Assembly: GCA_977018835.1 (NCBI GenBank)
Contig: OZ361257.1
Span: 3,410,001-3,474,000, forward strand
Source of the DNA: Minutocellus sp. GHC0000111
Lineage: Eukaryota
Direction of reading: 5' to 3'
DNA: 64,000 bases
Shown: positions 46,501 to 58,442 of the stretch, piece after piece
How positions within the stretch are numbered: position 1 is the stretch's first letter
Layout of the letters: each line of letters begins with the position of its first letter
Position numbers and translations under genes: made by a program
Notes under the pieces: generated by a model
Database searches by the model: none
What the model was told of the DNA's origin: nothing
The model's input: the letters and a program-made list of their open reading frames with translations, nothing else

Positions 46501-47080
46501 CAGAGACCTCAATTACTAGCAAACCAAGACAAAATTCAATTGAACACCAAATGAACTCAATGAGAAACGAGTGCTATGAAGTGGTATGGCAGGCTCTTAA
46601 AAGACACAAACTACATGCTTACAAGACTTAGTTACTTGTTTAACCCTAATGCTGTGCACCATCCCTCTCAAACAAAGTGGTGTATCATATGAATATTCAT
46701 GTCTGTATGTTTTTACTTTCAATTTTCCTACATCGCCCTGAACTAGCGGCTAAATCGGCCCTTAGCGGAACCCGGAGTTGCTGGGAATTAGAGGCCCGGG
46801 CCCATGCAATTTTATTCAGCTCTGAATATTTGGATAAATACAAATAAAAGTACAAAATCCCATATCATAGTTGAAGCGAACGCCGCGAACCAGTCACATG
46901 GTTCGCACTGAAGTTCGGCGTCAATGCAATCAATGCCAACACTGACATCACACCTTGGGGCGCGAATAAAGAGATGCTGTTCCGGCGCTCTTAGTCAATC
47001 ACACTGCCCACAAAAAGAACATAGAATTGCATTGACTAGAAATCAATTTACAAAAGACAAAACTACTGCCTGACGACAAC

Positions 47081-48548
47081 ATGTTTGCTGCTCGCCCAAA
47101 CAGCCCAAACTGTGTCGCGATGCCCCCGGCGACGAGCTACATGCCGGAAACGCTCCTTCCACCGGAGCAGAATCGAGAGGCAAACTCGACTCATCGATTG
47201 TCACGTCTCGATATTCAACGTGCGTCAACAGATGTCAAACGATTCGTTGAAGCAAGATTGGAGAAGGACTTTAATCTGGTCAAGGCGAGTCCAAGTCGCG
47301 AGATTCCTTTACAAGTATTCAACGTTTTCTTGGCTCCCCGTGCTCTTTACTGACCAACTCACAACTGATCCAATCATCAACCACACATTATTCCACTTTA
47401 TAATCCATACAGCACACAACACCGCTTGCTTTTATAACCAACACAGGCGTCAATGATGATTTAGATGGTACAGAGAGCAAAAAAGCCGTGTCGTTTACCG
47501 TTCCCAACCGCGACATTCCACGGGGCATCACGATCGGCGCAGAAGAAATGAAAGTGCATTCACCCTACGAGCTCGAATGCGAGGTAGTTCAAAGTCTGGC
47601 CAAATGGAAGCGTTTTATGCTAGATCGGCTCGGTTGCGAGGTTGTTGAGGGGATCTACTGCGACAGTACCAGTATACGAAAAGGGTACAAGGGAGACGTC
47701 ACCCATTCTGTCATTGCTGACCAATGGGACTTTGAAGTGCGTATAAACGAAGAAGACCGCACTGTCGAGACCCTGAAGGATTACGTGACCAAAATTTGGA
47801 AGATTATCACTGACTGCGAGGATTACATCTTGGCAAAGTATCCTGATATCCTCCTCGAGGGTCATCCATCGGCCACCCGACGCCTGCCAAAGAAACTTAC
47901 TTTCGTTACATCGCAAGAATTGCATGAGACGTTCCCCACTCTCGGTGTGCATGAACGTGAAACAGCTGCGGTCAAATGGTTTGGCGCTATATTCATTATT
48001 GGCATGGGCTGGCCCATGGCTGATGATGGGACGCCCGCGGAGGAGGTTCGTTCGCCAGGCTACGATGACTGGACTCTCAATGGAGATATCATTGTCAAGG
48101 TAAGCTGAGTGGGAAATCATTATGGGTGAAGTGATTGTTTTCTCATTGTGGCATATACATAATAAAGATATATATTTTGTGGTCTTACCAAAGTTTTTCC
48201 GCCCTCTTGTCAAATGCATAACATACACCCAAATATCAGCATCCACTGACTGAATATCGACACGAGCTTATGAGCACAGGCATTCGAGTCAACAGTGAGA
48301 GCCTTCGTGCACAGCTTGCTCATCGAGGAATGGATGATCAGGCAGAGTTGCCATTCATGAAGGCTGTTCTTGAGAATCGACTTCCCTTTTGCTTCGGCGG
48401 TGGCATCGGCATCTCTCGTTTGTTGATGCTTCTTCTGAGAACTTGCCACATTGGAGAAGTGCAATGCGGTGTTTGGCACGACGAGCATTTCAAACAGGCT
48501 GCCGCCGCTGGCATTGACCTAATTCCCGATCGCCTCGTAGATATATGA
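47081..48548 (+). CDS. asnA: Aspartate-ammonia ligase (asparagine synthetase A); exons 47081-47284, 47413-48099, 48240-48548
   Basis: GVNDDLDG, EVVQSLAKWKR, HSVIADQWDFE, RSPGYDDW, NGDI, GGGIGISRL, HIGEVQ. The first intron needs a GC donor. Confidence 0.92.
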
Positions 48549-48929
48549 TGCAAAAATATCCCCTGTGCGACTTGATCCAAGTATTTTTGTTTCCTGCAAT
48601 AGATCAATAGAAAGAGAAGGTGCGATTAGAACTCAAATTCATAGAAAGATTCACCGAGTTCGCTTGCTCCTGCATTCTAATGTCAAATAAATTGAGAGAA
48701 GTGAAAATTCTCACGCCACGTACTATGAGGCTAGCCACAGATAAGATGCATTGGAGATAATAATTTGTTTGAATTATATGTATACACTAGCTCCCCCGAA
48801 ATATTATGGTGAGATTGATTTTGCGAACGAGTATCACCATTCATTTCATGACAGTGAATAAAGCTTCGTAGAGAAGACTTTACTTGTTCGCACAAACAGG
48901 TGATTTGATTGCACTATCTAACTAGCTAG

Positions 48930-51900
48930 CTAGTACCAGGGCTTTCCGCCATACTTGGCAACCCACGCCTTCTTGGCTTTTGCTAGAGCATCACCGATTT
49001 CGACCTGAGCTTGTTTGATGTTGACTATTTTCAGAGCATCACCGAATTCAGCCTGAGCCTGTTTGATGTCGAATTCCTTTTCGGAAGGTGGGACCATCGA
49101 ACTGCGGTCCCAGTCCTTGCCATTGCCGAGGACAGAGACACATGCCTCCTTGGCTTTTCTCAAAGCATCACTAATTTCAATCTGAGCTTGTTTGATGTCG
49201 AATTCCTCAGCACTTGGTGGTACGAGGGAATTGCTGTTCCAGCTCTTGTTATTGAGGATGGTGGCCCACGCCTTCTTGGCAGCGGTCGCTCCAAGCTGGA
49301 GAGCACCAATAGTGGCGGCTCCGCCCAAGAAGATGGATCCCTTGGCAGCAACCTTGGCGACCTTGGAGGTAGTCTCGGTCGCCGTCTGAACCACACGCTT
49401 TACCTGTTCCTTGGGACTCAACTTATCGGAAAGTATATTTTCGTCGTTGGCATGGGCAATGGCATCATCCGCCTGCTTGAGCGCGTCGGCAACCTCTCTG
49501 CCCAGAGCAAGACCTTCATCCAGAGCATTTTCGGACGGAGTCTGGAAAAGAGAGTTGGTCTGCGGAGTTCCGAAGAAACCAGGATCGGGAACTGGGCGCA
49601 TTTTACTGCGATCATTCATCTTTCTAGTCTTGATATTTTCACCGACCTGCCTGACCATGCGAATTGCCTGGAGACGTGTAGCAACAAGACGGCGTTCAGC
49701 CTCGATACGTTCCTGTTCGGCCTTCTCGGCAGCTAGACGCTCGGCTTCGACACGGTCCTTTTCTGCCTGGATTCGGGGTTCTTTCTCGGCGGCTGCCTGT
49801 TCCTCCGCAAGACGTTGCATCTCCGCCTGATTGATCTCAAAGCGTTCCCGAAGAGAAATGAAAGCCTCTCCGTTTTCCATCTCGACCTGCTCTTCCTGCA
49901 AATTGTCTTGAAATTGGAGAGTATTTTCTGCCTCAAATATACTAGTAGCATACTCGTCGCTTTCCTCAGATGAGACTCCTTCATTGAAAAATTGAATCGG
50001 CTCCTCTGTCGGAAAGTCACCCTCTTGCACGAAGGACTCTTCCATTGGAAAGGTGGGACCGGTACTTGACAGTTCATCGACAAAGACGCTGGATTCATCG
50101 ACTGGGGAAACGAGTTCTTCGGTCACGTCAGGGATGGTATATTCATCCTCCGAGATGTAGGCAATGGCATCAGCATCGGCAGGTATCTCCATGGTCTGCT
50201 GTTGCTGCTCAACATTATCATTCGTCTCGAAATGCTGAGAGGGGTTGGTCAAAGGTCTCATTGCTTCAACGATAGAGTATGTCATGATATTGATATCCTC
50301 CATGGTCGTTGGAACAAAGTAGGATTCCTCACCAGCGTAGGAAAACACAGGAGCAGCACCAAAGTCTACATTTTCAACGTCGCCAGCGACATTATCAAAG
50401 CCAAGTGCCAGTTGCTCCTCTTCTTGGCTGGCGTACCATTCCGCTTCAGCACGTTCTTGTTCCTCACGCTGAGCATCGGCGATGGCTTGAAGCTCCTCAT
50501 CACGGATTCTTGCCTGTTCCATGCGCTCGATGTAGGCCTTCTTTTCAGCCTCAATCCGATCCTTTTCGGCCTGCTCATCAGCAAGACGTTGTTCTTCGAC
50601 CAGTCGGGCCTCCTCAGCTTCCTTGGCGGCGGCCTGGAGGAATGGAGGTATTAAAAAGATACGCCGCAATAGTGGTAAGTGTCATGTTTGTTTGCATTGC
50701 AACAAGGGAAAAACTTTGAATTGTCATCGAAAATATCTAGCAACGAATACAACTCACCTCTTCGGCGGCCAACCTCTCTTGCTCAAGACGATCCGCCGCA
50801 AGTCGAGCTTCTTCTGCTTCGGCAGCGGCCTTCTCTTCCGCTGCAATTCTCACTTGTTCCAGTTGTTGCTCTTCCGCAATCCGAGCTTCTTCGGCAGCAA
50901 TCCTTTGCCGCTCAATCCGAGCTTCCTCTTCTTCCTGTGCCTTCTTTTCGGCATCAATTCTCTCTTGCTCCAAACGCTCCTCCTCCAGCCGCTCCTGCTC
51001 CCGGAAGTGCTCCTCGGCGGCCCGGGCCAGTTCGATGCGCTCATTCTTCTCAGCCTCCATGAGGAGTTCTCTCTCGGCACGAAGAATGCGATCTTGCTCT
51101 TCTTGATTGAGCTTTTCTTGCTGCCTCTTGAGCTCGGCCTCCTCGGCGGCGGCGGCCAACCGCTCGGCGAGACTGGCGGTCTCCTCCCCGAGCTTGTTGG
51201 AGGCCTCCCTGGCGGCGGCTGTGAGACGCTCGGCAAGGCTAGCCTTCTCGATGGCCTCCCGTTCCTTTTCGGCCAGAGTGGCCCTCTCGAGCTCGAGACG
51301 GGCGGTGGCTTCCCGTTCCTTCTCGACCCGCTGTTGCTCCTGAAGCTTGTGCCTGGCGGCCTCAATATCGGCCTTGGTTACAGGTGGGTTGTGTGTATAT
51401 TATTGGTGATGAAGGGTGTGGTTAGAATAAATGCAATGCATATCGATCAGTCCTCAATCAATAATGTATATGCTGCTACATGCACACCACATAATAACTC
51501 ACCTTCTCCTTGGCCTCGGCGGCGATGCGCTTCTTCTCCTCCTCGATGCGGGCAATCTTGGCCTGGACGGCGGCCAGCTCGGCCTCGTCGGCCGACATAC
51601 CGTCGGTGTTGACCGCAGCATCAGCGTCGGTGGCACGGCCAACGTTACCAAAGCTCTGGAAGCGGTTGGGGTCCATGACGCTCTCGAGGTAACGGCGCTT
51701 GGAGTCGGCAACCTGCGCATCCTTGCCCAGGGGCACCGTGATGTAGCTTGGGGGAGTGTACGACGGGTGCGACCATGCCTTGGCAGTGGAGCTGGTGGTG
51801 CCGGTGATGGATGGCGATGCAGCATTCTTGGCATTCGTGGTGGTGGTATCAGCTTGGGCGGTAATCTGGTCATTATATTCCCTATTGCCGGTGCCTCCCA

Positions 51901-52279
51901 ATGCCGATTTCAGGTAGGCACGCTTCTCAGACTCTGACATGTGTCCCGACCGGACGCGCTGGATGCGCTCCTGGACGGTCTCGTAGGATGCCTCGGCGGT
52001 GCCCTCGTAGACGTCGGCGGTGTTGCGGTAGTACACCGCCGACGATGACGAGGAGGGTGCTGCATCGTTGTTGTTGTAATAATTGCCATTATTTGAATTC
52101 TGCTTGGGATTAGGGATGGCAGCACTACCGTATCCTGGACGGCGATGATGGTTGTGATTGTTGGGGACGTAGGCGGATGCGACTGGGAGGAATGGACTGG
52201 AGGCAGTGTCATCTCCCTTGTGCACCGTGTTGCCGGCGATGGCCAGGAAGGCGAGGACTGCCGTGGCGGTAATCCTCAT
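48930..52279 (-). CDS. Large E/A/R-rich coiled-coil protein with signal peptide; exons 52279-51503, 51372-50758, 50633-48930
   Basis: Signal peptide MRITATAVLAFLAIAG; both introns phase 0; long coiled-coil blocks; C-terminal repeat VPPS..EFDIKQAQ.E..DAL about 2.5 times. Confidence 0.75.
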
Positions 52280-52550
52280 TGTTCGTTCGTTGGCGTTTTG
52301 ATCTTCGAGAAATGGCAAATGCAGCACATCTCGTGTCATCACGGTTTGCATCTCGGCATTTTCAAATTTTTGGCGGTTTGAGATGATGACATCATAAAGA
52401 AAGTAAAGATCAGGGGTTCTCCCCAAATCCAAACCCCGATTCAAAGCAAAAACGGTATTGGACGCTTTTGATGAACGAGCCAGATTCCTGCCCTTTTTGC
52501 TCACTTCTTGCACAAAGAAAACAACACAATCAACAACACAACCCCGCCAC

Positions 52551-54694
52551 CATGATGATCAGCAAAGCCGCCGCCGCCGTCGCTGCCGCCGACGGCAGCG
52601 TCGCATCCGTCCAAGATACCAACATGCCCACCGCTTCTAGTAGTGCTGCCGCTGGCGAGCAGCCCAAGCCCAAACCCAAGCTGACCCTCGAACAAAAGAG
52701 GGAACTCACCATGACTTGGTTCACGTCTCAGCAGGAAGATGGTGCTGATATAGTCATGCGCATCAAGGATCTTCCTCACGGCAAGGCCTTCGTTCGCAGG
52801 GCCGCCAAGGACCTCAAGCTCGTTCCACTGCGCAAGCTCCGTCGCTCGCTTTCGGATGAGGTCCAGAAGGCCAACGTCGACGACATGGCCCGCCGTCGGG
52901 TCCTGTCGTACCATCCCCGCAAGTTTGCGATTGCCGCCCAACAGGAGCAAAAGAACGTCTCCCCTACCATCACCTCCTCCCTCGACCGAGATCAGATCCG
53001 TTCCATCCTCCTCGCCTTCTACGGTTCCACCGGCCGAGATGCCGTCCCCCTGGGCCGTCACCTGCGCAACTGCGGCGTCCTGGCGCAAGGAGGCCACAGC
53101 CAAGCTCGATGAGGTTCTTGCCACCGTTTCCTTTGTGGAGCAGAACAAGAAGGACAAGGCAGACAACACTACTATCGTGGACTGTGCTGATCGTCTCGAT
53201 GCCATGCGCATTGATGATGCTGCTGATGCTGCTGCCGTCCCTATGGTCGATACTCGTACCACCAAGGCCAAGCGTCAGACCACGCACATCGCCGAGCGCC
53301 GTGCCCAGCGCAAGGCTCAGCGTCAGGCCATGGTCGAGGCCAAGCGTGCTGCTAGAATCCTCAAGGCCGCCCAGAAGCAGCAGCAGAATGCTCGCAAGGC
53401 TGCCCAGAAGCAGCAGAAGCTTCCAGACAAGGCCCTCACCATCATTCAATCCAACCCTTCTCTTCGGAAGCTTGTCCAGTCCGACGATGCCCAGACCCTT
53501 CTGATGGAATGGTACGTCGATCCATCCAAGCCATCCATCGTCGATTTCCTCACGTCCAAGGATTAAATGAAAGGCAGTAGTGGCGAAGACGATTGTTCCC
53601 TCCTCGACACGTACAAGCGTCCTCTCCGCCTCCTAGTCAAGGCCGGCCAGCTCCAGCGCCTTCGCAAGGCCGGTGCTGGGAGGGGCAAGGCCGCCAGGGC
53701 CGTGGAGGATGTTCTGGCACGTGCTTCCACCGCCGCTCCCATGCCCACTCCCCATTTGAGCAACGATGATATGGATTTTGGCGTCGCCACCGCCAGCAAC
53801 GCGTCCGAGAAGGTCGTCGTCGTTGTTAACGATGATGATGACAATGCCGACATCGTTGGCGGTGGCAAAATGTCAGAGCAGATGAAGATCCTCCTCACCG
53901 ACTGGTATACCGATGCCAAGATGCGCCCTCCCCGCAAGTTCCTGCAACAGGAGATGAAGGAACTTGGTCTCGTCATCGGTAATCCAGCTCTGGTCATCTC
54001 GAAGATCAAGGCCTCGGGTCTCATTCGCCTTCGCAAGAAGCGCGAGGAGGCCGATGCAGCTGCCCTGGCTATGGCCCGCATCGACATGCTTTGCCAGGAC
54101 TTTGTTATCATCGCCAAGACAAAGCTCATCAAGGGTGATAAACCTGTCACCGGACCTGGTACAACCAAGAAGGGAACTGTCGCCAAGGTCTCTCTCAAGA
54201 AGAATCCAAATGCTGCCGCCGCTCTCACCGGGGTCAAGCAGGACGACCTCCAGAAGCATCTAATGCAGTGGTTCCAGGATGACAGCATGCCCTCGGTCGT
54301 GGATTATCTTGCCGCCAACGATCTTCCTCCCAGCCTCCGCCCCGCCATGGCTCATATGATCAAGCAGCTTGGACTGCGCCAGCTTCGCAAGGACCGTCGC
54401 ATGGCATCTGTTCAGGCTCGTCGCCGCATCAATGGTGCCCTCAAGGACAAGGGGGGCAGGGTTGGACCGCAGGACAAGGGTAAGAAGGATACGGCTGATG
54501 GGGATGCTCCCACCATTTCTGTCATTCTTCCCTCTGCCCCTCCTGCCAAGCTACTCGAAGAAGAGGATGAGTACGTCTCCGTGTTCAAGGAGGGCGGCGA
54601 GGAGATGAAGGACGATGCACCGCCCTCTTATGACGACGCCATCGCCGCCGAGGACAAGACCGACCTGGATCTGGATTTTGTCGTCCTTCATTGA
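52551..54694 (+). pseudogene. Disrupted gene with a repeated ~50-aa helical domain
   Basis: Three ORFs join through a frameshift near 53085 and an in-frame TAA at 53564-53566; repeated L..W(F/Y)....P...L...K...L..LRK units. Confidence 0.6.
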
Positions 54695-54963
54695 GTCGAA
54701 TATCGTCGAAACGATTTATTTGTTTTAGAGAATTTACTTTATTGAAATTGAAATGACCAAACGGATCCTCAAGCTGGCTTTCTTACTTTTCGGAAGGTCG
54801 ACGCAGCCTTTTTGGCGACTGAAGCACTGTTACATCTTACGAAGATGAGCGTGCACAACAACAACAAAAAGCTATGGATCAAGTATTCTTAATTAAAAAT
54901 ACTATTAACATAATGAATTATCACCATGAAAGACGTTAAGAATGGCAGCAAACACCATTATCC

Positions 54964-56494
54964 CTACCACTCTCGTAATCGCAGCTCCTGCTCTAAGCTG
55001 GTAACTGTGCTTAATATACTGGTTCCGTATACGCTCTCCTCTACCCACAGAGGCAAATCGAAAGAGCTAAATTGTAACTTTGGCTGATAATACGTTGTTC
55101 GATCGCCTCGTCTCACCATTTCGACAAATCGCTCCTCTACATCATTCAACGTCGGCGTGATCCCGCTGCTGCTATCGTTGCTCTCACCTCCTCCGTTATT
55201 GGAAGATTTCCCACAAAGCAAAAACCCAATCTGCCCTGTCGGGTATGAGCTAATCATAAGTGATCCGTACTTGGCGCTGGTAAAGCCGACGTCTAACGCC
55301 TGGTTGCGCCACCCAGAAATGCCTTCGAGATCGGAGGGAATGTTAAACGTTTCAGCCTGAAAGTTGAAGACTCCGCCCGGACGTAATATTCGTAGAATAT
55401 GTCGAAAGTGTTGCTCGGAATACAAAATATTGGAAGGAAGCTCCAGCTTGTTGCCATCATCGCCCCATGTATACGGATCCGAGCTGTCCTGAATGATGGC
55501 ATCGTAGTACCCGTCTTTGACATCGGCAACAAATTTGGCTCCGTCGGCAATATGCAACGTAACACGAGGATCCTCCCACGCCTTACCCCACGGGAAAAAA
55601 CTTGCGGCAGGTTTCAATTACCTCCCCATCAAGGTCAACGTGATCCACGCTGACCACCGATTCATGCTTCAACACCTTTTCGTTAACGAATGCGAGTGAT
55701 AGGTAAGTGGGAAAGAAAGAAATATCGTGTTAGCACAAAAGTCGATCGAGATAAATCAGAATAGAAGATCGATCCGAAGAGAAAAAGAGAAAAAGAAAGA
55801 TGTTTCGGCAGAACAATAGCCCGAAAAGGATACTGTAAAATGATCCAGAGGCTAAATTAATACCGAATGCAAATTCATCTTCCCACAGCTTTAACAGATG
55901 CATGGTCACTTGGCGCAAGAATTGGTGCTATCGGGCGATCTCACGAAGAGATACAAGCCCAATAGTGCCAGAACGCCGACCAGAATCTAACACGAAACCG
56001 GGGTTTTGTTTTGAGGAAACGAGGAAGGACATGACTCGACTCCAGTTGGTATGAGAAGCATGATCGAAACTCACCTCTGACAGAACATATCCATCTCCCC
56101 CACCAACAACAAGGACGCGCTTTGGCTCAGTCACGGCCATCATGGCAATATGCGCCATCATCTCGTTGTAGCTGTCGGCATCTCTCTCTGTAAGCTGTAC
56201 GACTCCGTCCAAAATAAGGACCTTAACATAGTACTCGGTCTTGACGATGGAAATGTCCTGATACTTTGATCGGGTATGGTATAGAGGCTGCTCCACGTCG
56301 GAGGATAACGTCATGCTCTGGTAGAAGCCAGTTTCAGCCATCAGTTCGCCAATTACTGGGCCTTTGGCCGATGGGTCGGCACTGTCGGTTGATCCGGCCG
56401 CATGAACGAGAATACTGGATTGTGGGAGACTGCCGCCGCCAAGCGCCAGAAGTACAGCAAGAGCGAGCCACAACCTCGAAACCGACCGAATCAT
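54964..56494 (-). CDS. SPDS: Spermidine/aminopropyl synthase with signal peptide; exons 56494-56075, 55675-54964; frameshift in the A6 run 55595-55600
   Basis: SKYQDI, LILDGVVQLTERDADSYNEMMAH, VLVVGGGDG, VDLDGEVI, DPRV, ADG, IIQDSSDP, YPTGQIGF. Confidence 0.88.
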
Positions 56495-56579
56495 AATTGG
56501 ACTGAACACTTTCTGCTGGGATACAACTACGTAGCACTACAGGAACAAGCTATTGGCCTACCAAGGGCAGGATACAGCC

Positions 56580-58442
56580 ATGCTGGTATGTATAGAAAAT
56601 TGTGATGCAACGGCTGCCAATTTAAAGAGCTCGGGACCGTCTGGCTCTTCAGTCAAACTCGACGCCGAACATGTTGAAGCCATAAACCTTCGGGCTTTCG
56701 ACAATTCTGTCAGCCTGCTTCAAGTGGGAGGATCCACCGCAAAAGGTACCAAGGCTCCAAAAGCCACGAAGACTCCAAAGGGTAAGTCATACCGCCTCGT
56801 GCTTCCACAACGAAAAATATGGTGAAGTCAAGGCTCAATCCATCTCCTTGCTAATGTTTATTGTTCATTTATTTGTCTCTCATACGATCGTACGTATTAT
56901 ACAGCGTCGAAAGGAACGACTAATAGTGAATGCCTTGTCTCGGTTCCAACGAGCACGACAATAGCAACTTCGAAAGGAAGTAAAAGTGTTGGAAAGGGCA
57001 AGGGTGGTAAGGGTACTAGCATAGGTCTAACGAGCAAGGGGAGCAAGGGAACATGGTATGCCAACGCACCGTTTGGTACTCCTTGTACTGGCGGTGCGTG
57101 TGCCGATGGAGCATGCTTGCAAAATCTTTGTTCTGGAGTTACCTGCGCTACACCGGCCGGTGGTGATGCCTGCGAAACTATACCTGGGGTATGCGATCGG
57201 GCTACCGGACAAGGTATTTACACGGTAGTAGCCAATAATACCCCTTGTGATGATGGAGATGACGCTACCATTTCTGATACATGCCAAGGCGGCGTGTGTG
57301 TAGGGGTCAATCCATGTGATGCTGTCAACTGCGGTGCAAATGAGGTTTGTGCAAACGGAGTGTGTATTGCTTCGGACCCTCTTGTCGATGCCTGTGCCGG
57401 AGTAATTTGTTCGCCCGATGCCAACCTTTGTCAAAGCGGTGGGGTTTGCAGCTTAGTGAATGGGGAGCCTTTGTGCTTCTATGATGTAGCCGCCGACAGC
57501 ACTACATGTAACGACGGAGATCCCGATACCATAGGCGACGTGTGCACTGACGGCGTTTTCTCTGGGACAAATCCATGCGATACCTTTACCTGTCCAACCC
57601 CAGACCCTAATCTCTGTCAAGTCACACCTTCAGTCTGTGATCCAAACGGCGGGACACCGACTTGCGTATACACTATTGCCGCCGATGGTACGGAGTGTGA
57701 TGACTCTAACATTGCCACTTGCATCGACCAATGCGTCAGCGGGGTTTGCACCGGAACGACGGATTTGAATGCCTGCTGTGCAGAGGCTAATGGCGATGAT
57801 TTTACATCTAGGGCCGTCGCGGGTTCTGGCGACTGTGGAGTTCCATGCGGTACAGATGGAGGCTGCTGCGCTGCTACCTACAATGTCATCGACGGAGCAA
57901 CCGGGCCAAACGGAGGTGCCGAATTCGGGGATAACTGCTGCCCTTCGGATGTGTTAATGTGTCCTTCGGGAGGCAGGGGAATTTTTGTTACTTGTTGTTA
58001 TGGCACCTTGCTTAGTGATGGTATCCCATGCAATGCCGATGGTTCTTGCCCTCCTCCCGAGAATGCAGTCGCTGATCCTGACCCTGCCGATTTGAATGTT
58101 TTCTGCGCCAGCCAGCCTGGTGCTGACTTCTCACCGAGGACAGACACTAGTAATGGTGGCTGCGGAGTGACCTGTGGTAGCAGCGGAGGATGTTGTGGAA
58201 CAAAGCACGATGCGACAGACCCCACTGTGCCTGGCAATGGCCAAAATAGATTTAGTGACAACTGCTGTCCGGCCGACCGGCTCATGTGTGGGGACAATGG
58301 CGACACCGAATGCTGTTACGCGAGACGGCTTTTGTCGGTGGTGCCTGCGCAGGAAGTGGTGGGCAATTCTGCCCATAGCATATTACTAATTATTTTGTGC
58401 CTAGCTAGAGAGACGATTATGCCAGAAGGAAACAATGGATAA
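56580..58442 (+). CDS. Cys-rich repeat extracellular-type protein with K/G-rich linker; exons 56580-56781, 56905-58442; probable frameshift near 58320
   Basis: Phase-1 intron joins KGTKAPKATKTPK to KGSKSVGKGKGGKG; three C(D/N)D....T..D.C..GV units and two CG..GGCC...F.DNCCP...MC...CCY units. Confidence 0.65.

Larger units (their letters stand above)
29322..46700 (+). mobile_element. Large Helitron-like rolling-circle element (~17.4 kb) with RepHel and accessory genes; right end approximate
   Basis: HUH Rep plus PIF1 helicase, orphan genes, a shared intronic palindrome and erosion patches. TTAGGGTTA at the left end and its complement TAACCCTAA (46641-46649) plus hairpins at the right end. Confidence 0.75.

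Noticed and set aside
46920..47039. 11-bp inverted repeat ending near CTAG as a canonical Helitron 3' end
   Set aside because: The arms are about 95 bp apart and lie in the probable AsnA promoter, which does not fit the short GC-rich hairpin plus CTRR geometry.
50623..51612. 329-aa Leu-rich plus-strand ORF
   Set aside because: Antisense of the Glu-rich coiled-coil gene.
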